From: Bigelowiella natans CCMP2755
Taxonomy: Eukaryota > Protista > Cercozoa
Assembly: GCA_000320545.1 (NCBI GenBank)
Contig: ADNK01003331.1
Coordinates: 1 to 64,000, forward strand
DNA: 64,000 nucleotides
Reading direction: 5' to 3'
Made by a program: the position numbers and the translations under genes. Below are positions 54,849-64,000 of the stretch, in pieces. The notes beneath the pieces are model-generated. The model was given only the letters and a program-made list of their open reading frames with translations, searched no databases and was not told where the DNA came from. Within the stretch, counting starts at the first letter, position 1. The number at the start of each line of letters is the position of its first letter.

Positions 54849-55990
54849 ATGAAAGACATTTGGCACAGCGGTGGGTGGGTGTTCACCCCAACGTGTCAAT
54901 TCGAGCAAGCAATGAGGGGAGATGGGGCCCGAGCTCGGATTGCACGGAGCCGAGGCATCCCAAGGGCGCTTCGCCTGGCAGCAGAGCAAAGGGAAGAATC
55001 AACATTGAAAAATGCCCTGCTGTCAATTCGAAGATGCGAAAAAAAACTCCAAGCGAGGGAGAATCGTCGTCATCTCAAGCGCAGGATTTCACGCAAAACG
55101 TGCAAGACGCTTTTCGAGGAGAAACAAAGTTGCAAATGCGACAGACACGGACCAGGGGCCATGATCAACAATGCAGTGTTTGGATCACAGCAGGCATTGA
55201 AAAGATGCACCCTTGGGAAAAGAGCCACAGCTTCTTTCAGTCTTCCCATCTCGAAGGAACACTTTCTCCAACTTTGGAAAGGATGCGCGAAGGTGGAGAT
55301 GATGTCCATCATGGAGAGCAATGACACAGAAGGTGTCCTGTCAGCAACCATGGATGGTGAGAGGCAATGAGACACGTCGAATGAGCTGGCAGAAGCACTT
55401 GGAATTGAGCCAAACGAGGGAAATTGGGTGATTCGCAGAATGTGTGGATTGGACCCTTTGAAGAGGAGAGATTGCAGTTGCATTCACGTTCAAAAGTCTC
55501 ACGCTGATGAAAAAAACACAAAGGTGACGTGGAAGAGTCAAACACTTCGACAGATTGACATTCGAGGGACGGAAAGGGTTGCATCGAAGAGCAGAATGAC
55601 ATTTCGTTTTCCTGGAAACGTTGCGCCTTGCTCAACTGAATTGAATGCTGAACAAAGGCCAAAGTGTCAGGAGCTCAACGCCAAGAAAGCTGAGAAAGCT
55701 TCCAAAAGGTGAGTTGATTGTTGAAACTGGTCAAAGCAACATTCACCACTCAATCTGTGATGCGTTTGATCAGAAATCGGAAGAGGAAGAAAAAATCTTC
55801 TTCGAACCAGCAGCTTGCACACATCAATGAGCATCGAGTTAGATCGTCCCAGCCTGTGGTGATGGCACCAAGTGTCAGTCAGAAGCGAAGTTTCATTGAC
55901 AAAACCATCAGAGGCAAGGTTCCTGCTGCTTTTTGTGTTGCTGTGTCTGTCACAAATGAGCTCGAGGCTCAGCTCGAAGCGAACATGTGA
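54849..55990 (+). pseudogene. Possible second, divergently oriented gene remnant within the element
   Basis: Chain of protein-like frameshifted ORFs (54849-55370, 55428-55712, 55718-55990). Open frames are inflated here by loss of TAA/TAG. Confidence 0.35.
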
Positions 55991-56890
55991 CAGCATTGCT
56001 GAGCCAGCACGCTCATGCTGATTTCTGGGCTTCCACAGCTAGCTTTGTGACCCAAACATGGCAAACATGGAGAAATGTGATTGATGATGTGTTTCAAAAC
56101 AGCTGCGCTGCGATCACATCAGCGCTGCGATCGATTTTCATGCTGCTGCGTTGCTGGTGTAGTGCTAGCGGTAGCACAAATTGACATCCGTCGACATGTG
56201 CATGTTGCTGTCCAGCTAGCTAGCTCCAGAGCTGTGCCAGCTGTGGCTAGCTAGCTGGTGTAGCTGTGTCCGCTCTGACCAGCGTAGCTAGCTAGCATCA
56301 TCTAGTCATTGCAGTCATTCCTCCATTCAGCCATCCAAATGTGGAAATCTGTGTGCTTTGTCATCATCATCATCATCATCATCATGCATCATTGGTGCAT
56401 GCGCTGGCACAATGATGGTCATCACATCTAGACATCTGTCTCGACATGTGCTCTAGCGTTTGCGCCATGCCATGCAATGTGTGTTGATGCATGCATGAGT
56501 GACAATGGCATTGTTTTTGTGCAAAATCTTGGCGTGCTACTGTCACGTACGTGAAAATCTGTGTCATCGCACAACATGCCAGCACTAGAACATGCGAGTA
56601 TTCATCGAAGCTACATGCGCATGCACGTCACAGGCTAGCAGGTAGAGCTCACTAAAGACACAGTAAACATAATCTAGTTATGTGCATTGTGCATGTACAT
56701 TGTACATGCACATGTCTACAAATGTGCCAGAGTTATTTAGGGGTGTTCGAACTGATGAATTCATCAAACAAGGGACTGTGACAATGAGAAACAACGACAT
56801 TGCAAGTAATCTTTTAAGTGTTAATAACATCATAGTTGCATGTTGCATGCGCATCTGGCCATCTACAATCAAACGCAAACCGTATCGTAG

Positions 56891-57246
56891 TTATTCTGAG
56901 TTAACAATATACTTGTCAATCCATCCGAACAAATCTTGCTCCGAAAACTGCAAATGGTTTCCCGGGGTGCTCTCGAAAGCAATTTTCCCCGATTCGTCTG
57001 CAGTTTTGAGGCCGAAGAGATCCTTGGTGTACCATTCAGTCTCCTTCATGGTAAGAACTTTCTTCCGAGCCCCATCCTCAAAGTGTCCCCACCATTCCCC
57101 TTCATTTGGGAACACCATTGTATCGCCCATAGCCTTCACCATAACGAATTTGTTTGTTTTCCCGAAGTTTTCATTGTAAGTGGCATTAGTTGTCTGACCG
57201 ATTAAAAACCAAGGATATTTTCAGAATGGAATGAACGATAGGTATG

Positions 57247-57279
<33 letters not shown>

Positions 57280-59037
57280 ACAGTAGTAGTAATAATAGTC
57301 GTATAAGGACAAGTAAACGAACTACCAATCCCTCGTTATTCCAATCTGCGAGTTCAGAATATTTCTTAAACGCTTGGCTCTGTACCTGTAATCAGCAGAG
57401 CAGGGAAATTGCAAAAGATGCATGCCATTATAGAGTTATAAATTTAAGAAAGACGACGCCGGGAGCATTGCGGACTAAAGTGTGCCAGAATTAATGTGTT
57501 TTAGTGTATATAATTTGCTATTGTATCTACATTTCTGTGTAGTGTGTGTGAGTTGAAAGTGCATAATAGCTTTATGGTGACTGAATTCTACACACCCTTG
57601 TTGGATCCCGGAAATAATCAACTTGAAAGAGCATATTTTGCGTGACAGGGTTGTATGCAGCATCTCCACACGCAGAAGCAATTGCTTTGCAAATGACGTT
57701 CTTGCTGGGGTCACATTGAGGAAATCTGAGGATTAGATAAATTGTAAAATTGGGTGGACCAATAATGCTGTAATATTATATATATATCATAATATTCATA
57801 ATTCATTCAAAATTACAGCACTTCGCAAAATTTGAGTATGAATACTGAAATTTAATTTGTGTCCTTCGAGGAAAAAAAACACGGAATGTTCTTTATTTCT
57901 TGTGAATTTTCCTCATAGTGCTTACTAATACCCTGCCACTCCAGAAACAGTTCCGTGAACATGAATGACGGCATTGACGGGAGGATCATTGTACTTTTGG
58001 ATGTATCCTATGATTGAAACACATCATATTTTACTAAGCTAGTTCCTTTAGAATTCAATTTTAACCGATAGAGTGTCAAAAAATTATGGACGGTGCATTC
58101 GAATGAATCCCTGGTGTCATAAAATAAGATATGTAGAATAATAATACTTAAATCCAACATTCAGACGAATATCGATAAGCTTTGTTGTAGCGAGAACTTG
58201 CCGTACAGCGAGACAAAATCATCGATATTTCAGTCATAGTTTGTAATATCTTGAAAAGGATACTACTATATTGATGGATTGATGCTAAAACAGGGAAAGT
58301 AATGCATTATTTCCCGTTTTTCTTCTTCTACCTCGAAGAACGCTGTTTCCTTGACTGAATCCGAATGCATTGAACCCATTTGCAAGTTTGGGGTCGGCAC
58401 GGACTTTTTCTGCAAAAATCTCAACGTTCTTGTTCATGGTCATGAAAAAGCCATGGATTGTATCCGTCGGTTGGTTGTCGCCTTTACATATAGGATTCCG
58501 ATTTAAATAATAATGATACCGCTGTGACGAAAACGTTAGCGATTTTTCATCTGTGCAGGTTGCGTGTCTTCCCAATCGCTTTCGAGTTTACCCCTCCATC
58601 TAGAAAACATACCCGTTGGAATGCACGTGGAGTATACTCCTGCATGTTTTCCGGCGTCTGCAGTGATCCTTAATTGATGTAAAATATCATTATCAGATGA
58701 AATGTTCTAGGAACATAGGAAAAGGCTTCACTCTAAGCAACCTTTTCATTCCCGGATTGAAACAGGAATCTCCCATCCCGTGCGCGAAGACAAAGGGTAG
58801 CACGTCAGCAGCTTTGCCACCCTGCTTCTGAACTCGTGCTTCGAGTTTGTAGTTCGTTTTATTCATTGCCGGGATGTCTACAATGCTTGCGATGGGGGAC
58901 GACCGAATCATTTCTGCCAACACTTCCGGCGAATGCTCCCAAAGTTCAAGAACATCAAGCAAAGGATGATGATTTTCCTCCGCAAGTTGTGCGAGGGGGA
59001 GGATTGGCAAGAGGAGGAAGGCAGGGAGAAGGTACAT
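56891..59037 (-). CDS. PPT1: Palmitoyl-protein thioesterase 1 (lysosomal, signal peptide), multi-exon
   Basis: Signal peptide MYLLPAFLLLPILPLAQL; PFVFAHGMGDSCFNPGM; GFNAFGFSQGN (nucleophile Ser); YIQKYNDPPV; MVKAMGDTMVFPNEGEWWGHF; TPGNHLQFS. Confidence 0.9.
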
Positions 59038-59681
59038 GGCCGTAGGGGGTAGAGGAAGGATTTGTCATTAGGACAAAGCGACATCGCAGTCAAATCGATT
59101 TGGTAAAAAATAGAGGGCATTTCCATAACTTTAACAACTATATCTTAATGGTCCCCCCTTCGTATTTTTGCTAGATCTATTTCGGCAAAACCGCCAAAAA
59201 TCGGATTTTCCACGTGCGAAGAAGTGTGTTATTATTATTTACTCGTAGATCTACCTGGATCTGATAATAAATGAACAATCAACTATCTGCTCTCCGGTTA
59301 GATCTAGATCTAGTCCAAAAAAAGTATCCCGTTTTCAGCCTAAAGTGCACACCTTCTTTTTCCTCTTTTGCTATTATACCTGTAGCAACAACAACAAACA
59401 GCAACAAACAACAACTTGGAACATCGGCTGTAGCCAGTACGAGCACCACACAATTTGTTGTCACTATTGTTATTGCTGTTATTGTTGTTGCTGTTGTTAT
59501 CGTTGAGTCATTATTGATAAATTGGAAACCGAATACTTCCTAGATCCAGTACAGACAAGAACATTGGATGATGATGATGATGCGACAAGAACTGACAAAC
59601 TGACGACAGAAAATTATTAAGACATTATTTCATCGTAGTAGGCGACGAGGCAACCACGAATCTCCCCCCCCTCTCGCCACC

Positions 59682-61565
59682 ATGCTCTACACAATAATAT
59701 GCGCGACCGTGGTCGCAGCCTCCACATTATCAAGAGGTAGTATCGGTATTTCCAGAGGGGCAACAATATCACTTCATGGTGCCCCTAGGCAAAGTACCAA
59801 AGTGAGAGCCATGGGGGAGGGACATTCCCCTACAGCAGGCTATTCTACGCTATTGCAAGCAGCTGGATCATCGAGTATTCATCGGTCTCATCCAATTTTA
59901 CCTTCGGTCTCCACTTTTAGTGCTGCTAATATGGCTGCTGCCCCTTCTTCTCCTTTGTATTCTTCGTCGTTGGTAAGCAGCCCAGGGAATTCAGCCAAAG
60001 GATGGCGACTGGAAAAAAGAAGTAGAAGAAGAAGCTCTTCACCTTGGCTCGGGCAGGCCAGAAGTAAGAGCAACGAGGAAGAAATTCACGACAATGGCGA
60101 AACATCTTCAAATCCAGTTGGCTTTGCCGTCGCGACGACGAAGAAACCACGCTCTCCAACTACTACTACTACTACTTTAAAGCTAAATAAAGCTGCGGAT
60201 GTTGCAGGAGCTGCCATGGCTTTAGTTGGATCTTCGATGCTGTACCCATCTCTTGCCAACGCGGAGGCAATAACAGCAACTACTACTGCATTTTCTGGAG
60301 GTTTCTTGCAGGTGATATGTATGTATAATATAAATAATCATATGGAAGTAAATTTACATGTGAGTATGCTTTTACGTGCATACATACGTGCATGAAGTGT
60401 TGACCATAATGATGTTTATCTTTCATCATCTTAAGTGTTGGCCATAATGATTTCTGTCTTTCATCATCTGTGTGTGGGCATCGTAGGCCCTCTCTTTGGT
60501 ATTTGCGTCCGAGATTGGCGACAAAACGTTCTTTATCGCCGCACTACTGGTTGGATTTTATACAACACAGATAGTATTCTGCCATAATAAGCAACACGAT
60601 TTTTCGATACTACTACTTGTGAGAAATCTGCCATAATAAGCAGCACATTTTTAGATACTGCTGGTGAGAAATCGTGGTCGTGAGTCAATTGTTGATGGTG
60701 GAATAGAATGACGATAATAGCAGCAAAGTGGAATAATGTTGAAGTGGTTCCTTGGTGGAATAGAATGACGATAATAGCAGCAAAGTGGAATAATGTTGAA
60801 GTGGTTCCTTCTTGGAATCGACTTCTTGTTGTTGTCCATTTTTCGTGATTCACTAATTTCTCACATTGTGGTTATTAGTCTATGCGATCTTCCCGGTTAC
60901 TTGCCTTTGGAGGCTCGATGTTGGCCTTAATCACAATGACAATTATCTCAGTTCTGATTGGGCAGGTGGTGTACTATAATACAGCTGTACTACGTACGTA
61001 GCCGTATCAGCAATAAAAGAGCTGGAGGTGGTGATGGCGGTGGTGTTGGTGCGTCCACGAAGAAATGGTTTGAACATTGCAATTTCGTAGTAGTAGTATG
61101 TATCTAAAGGAGATAAAAGAATAGAGGCAGCCTACTAGACTGCAAAAGTGACTCAAAGACTGAATAAGAACTACTATGGTCCTCCTCCTCCTCCTCCTCC
61201 TCCTCCTCCTCCTGCTCAGATCTTCCACAATGTTCCTGCTTCACTAACTGGGGGCCTTCCATTAGACGATTATGCAGCAATTGCCTTTCTAGGATACTTT
61301 GGAGTCAAATCTCTCATTGTAACCTGCTGCTGCTGCTGCTGCTGCATAGTGTACTCATTATGTCGTGAGGAGGGAGGGAGAATCTGCTGCCTGCCCTATC
61401 TGGAAATTCTTCTTCAAGTCGAGTTCTTTAATTTGCCTACTATTATATACAGGATGCGTACAATCTGCCGGACGATTCTGCTGGTGTAGATGATGAGCTA
61501 GAGGTAATGATATAATGAGTATTTCAATTCTTTGTGGAAGCACTCTATCCTCCCCCCACTTCTCT

Positions 61566-61627
<62 letters not shown>

Positions 61628-62176
61628 ACTCTGAAAGAGAGAGAGAGAGAGAGAGGCAAAGACCAGTACCTTGTCATAATTATCAGTATTTCAGCTGCTG
61701 CAACGCACACACATGACGACTACTACTTCTCATATACTAACTTCTTTTCCCTCCGTACACACATGACGACTACTACTTCTCATATACTAACTTCTTTCCC
61801 TCCTCTAATAATAAATAAATAGGAGGCTGAAAAGGATGTAGCAGGTACTAAGGGCGATACACAGATTCAGCTGCTCCTCGAAGCATTCACTTTGGTAGCA
61901 CCTAGCAGCATTTATAGATGAGAGTCACCTTATCATTCATCAACCACTTTTATTCCTTACAACACACGTATAATGCTGATGCAATAATTGGAGATAATGA
62001 TGTTGTTTGTGCGTTGTCGTGTGTGTTATCAGGTTTTTACAGCTGAACTTGGAGATCGCTCGTTTCTGGCGACAATCGCTTTGAGCGCAGCACAAAATCC
62101 TGTTATGGTAAGTGAAAATCAACCCTATCCTGCGGCCATTTTACATTCATAAACACAAATGCACACACACAAATGT

Positions 62177-62214
<38 letters not shown>

Positions 62215-62588
62215 TATATATTATTTGTGTGTGTGTGTGTGTGTGTGTACATATGTCGGTATGCTGTAATACTTTCCCTTCCTTATACAATTAGCATTTT
62301 ATAAAAGAAAGAATTATAGACTTTTTCATCATGCCGCAGAGTGAGAGTGATTAGTGTCATCGTTTTGCTGGTGAGTTTTGTTATCTCATTGAAGAAATCT
62401 GTTGGTCGCATCGTATAATGATATTAATAAATTATAATAAAAATAATATTAAGGTTGCATCTGGAGCTATATTAGCTCACAGCCTAGCTACTGGCATCGC
62501 TGTTGCGAGTGGTGCCTTACTCGCAAAATACATCTCAGAGAAGGTTGTCTACCAGTAGAAGATATTACACACACACACACACACACAC

Positions 62589-62670
<82 letters not shown>

Positions 62671-62880
62671 CAATGCAAGCATTTAGTAGTCATTGTAAGA
62701 GATATAGATTGTAGAGAATCCAAACAGTACCCTTTTTCCTTCCCCTCCTCCTCCTCCTCCCCTTTCTCTTCTTCTCAATGTACTTCTCCTTTGTATGTGA
62801 TTGTTGTCAAGGTTGTTGGGTACGTTGGAGGAAGCCTCTTTCTCGCATTTGCTGTCACCACAGCCTTGGGATTATTTTAA
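59682..62880 (+). CDS. GDT1/TMEM165 (UPF0016) Mn2+/Ca2+ transporter, plastid PAM71-like, with bipartite targeting peptide
   Basis: Both family motifs [13 protein letters not shown] (~60508-60548) and [14 protein letters not shown] (~62042-62085); [17 protein letters not shown]; [13 protein letters not shown], stop 62878-62880; N-terminal signal plus Ser/Arg-rich transit-like region. Confidence 0.9.
60696..60810. repeat. Perfect 57-bp intronic tandem duplication
   Basis: TGGTGGAATAGAATGACGATAATAGCAGCAAAGTGGAATAATGTTGAAGTGGTTCCT at 60696 and 60753. Confidence 0.9.
61707..61797. repeat. 50-bp-period intronic tandem duplication
   Basis: ACACACATGACGACTACTACTTCTCATATACTAACTTCTTT at 61707 and 61757. 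Confidence 0.88.
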
Positions 62881-63784
62881 AATTTTGCTGTGTGGGTTTG
62901 TCATTGCAATCGTCATCGAAGCTACTTAAACCCGGTTGAAAATAAGACATCATGAGATCGAGATATAACTCAAATTGTGTGCCTACTACACCGAGATTTG
63001 CTTGCGAGTCTTTAATGCGATGATAGCCATGTACGAACGCCGCTGTGAGTCGTGCAGATGTTGATGCTGCCCATATGATATCGGATCGATCGCATCATGA
63101 GGCGGACAGGGCATGCTATCCCAGTCACACTCCGTGCGCTGTACATTGCCAGATTGCCACCAGCTATCATTATAACCGGCGGCAGACACTATGAGACGGA
63201 TGCAATGAAATGTTTGAATTTTTTTCAATTGTCATCCTAATGTAGCTGCAGACACTATGCAACCGTTGTCAGTTGCAACTAGCACCGTATGCATATCTAG
63301 ATACATGTGTACACGCCGAAGCCAATGACTAGCAATTAGCAATTCAAGCAATGCCGTCTGAGCGCTGTCTAGCTAGCTAGCTGTGGCCGCTGCCTTGCTA
63401 GTTTGCATATGGTCACATTAGAATGACCATTGAAAAGATTAAACAATTTCATTATGTCTAGATCTAGAGATGTCCGTCTCATCATGCACATGTGCATGCA
63501 TGTTTGGCGTTTGCATGTTCACATGCACATTACGTACATGTAGTGTGGATCTTGTAAGTACAAGTAGTGCAGCATGTGTACTTTCATCGATGATGCGATG
63601 GCGCTGTCTGCCCCCTATACAAGCTGTAATTCGAACAAACAAAATAGCAAGCAGATGGTGCCATTGCTTTTTGCTTATTGCTGATTGATGTAAACACTTA
63701 TTAGCTTGTTGTATATCGTATCATGCACAGAAAGTAAACACTTATTAGCTTGAAGTCTATCTCATGCACAGAAAACAACAGACT

Positions 63785-64000
63785 CTAGGGGGAAAGTATG
63801 TCCTCTTCAATAACCGTCATTGGTATTAAGTGTGGGTCTTCATAGGCACTAATCCCTTTAATTTTCTCCGTCAAACACATGATTCTACTGCAACTGATGG
63901 TTTCCCTGCTCTCTTGCTGCCCTAGACGAATGGACGCCGTTGAAAACCGTTGATCAGAAGTAACAGCCACTCTAGAAGATGATCTCGAAAGAAAGTACTC
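63785..64000 (-). CDS. Possible terminal exon of a gene continuing beyond the window
   Basis: Protein-like minus-strand ORF ending ...YEDPHLIPMTVIEEDILSP*; no family recognised. Confidence 0.3.
   Translation of the reverse strand, partial: EYFLSRSSSRVAVTSDQRFSTASIRLGQQESRETISCSRIMCLTEKIKGISAYEDPHLIPMTVIEEDILSP

Larger units (their letters stand above)
51045..56700. mobile_element. Degenerate DNA transposon region (RAG1/Transib/Chapaev-like), TpA-hypermutated
   Basis: Encodes a DDE transposase remnant on the minus strand; TA almost absent (only 54175 and 55840 between 52226 and 56038). Terminal inverted repeats not identified. Confidence 0.75.

Noticed and set aside
51045-56700. CpG-methylation decay or classical RIP as the cause of TG/CA excess
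   Set aside because: CG dinucleotides remain abundant and CG decay cannot remove TA; RIP creates TA rather than destroying it.
51045-56700. Terminal inverted repeats / RSS-like heptamers for the RAG-like element
   Set aside because: CACAATG/CATTGTG-like words occur (51595, 56408, 56685) but not as a convincing correctly oriented pair; hypermutation generates such words by chance.

Overview
Intron-rich, microsatellite-rich eukaryotic nuclear DNA. A GDT1-family protein with a signal peptide followed by a Ser/Arg-rich transit-like region suggests an alga with a secondary plastid (chlorarachniophyte-like; inference). Recognisable host genes: RsmI-type methyltransferase, uridine-kinase-like nucleoside kinase, a giant AP2+CCCH protein, an ankyrin-repeat protein, a SAM-methyltransferase/Rid-family fusion, a metallophosphoesterase, palmitoyl-protein thioesterase and GDT1/TMEM165, plus several hypothetical genes. 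The most striking signal is in four intergenic islands (about 28.6-30.2, 31.8-32.4, 42.2-43.2 and 51.0-56.7 kb) from which the TpA dinucleotide is almost completely erased, surviving mainly as CTAG. The largest island holds a decayed RAG1/Transib-like DDE transposase with no Tyr, and His/Cys where Tyr is expected. Diverged tandem duplicates at 30.6-31.1 kb show TA->TG and TA->CA changes. This looks like a repeat/foreign-DNA-targeted A:T->G:C hypermutation defence, a mirror image of fungal RIP. A virus-like AT-rich cassette with two intronless ORFs sits between two of the islands. Exon boundaries and TA counts were read by eye and are approximate.
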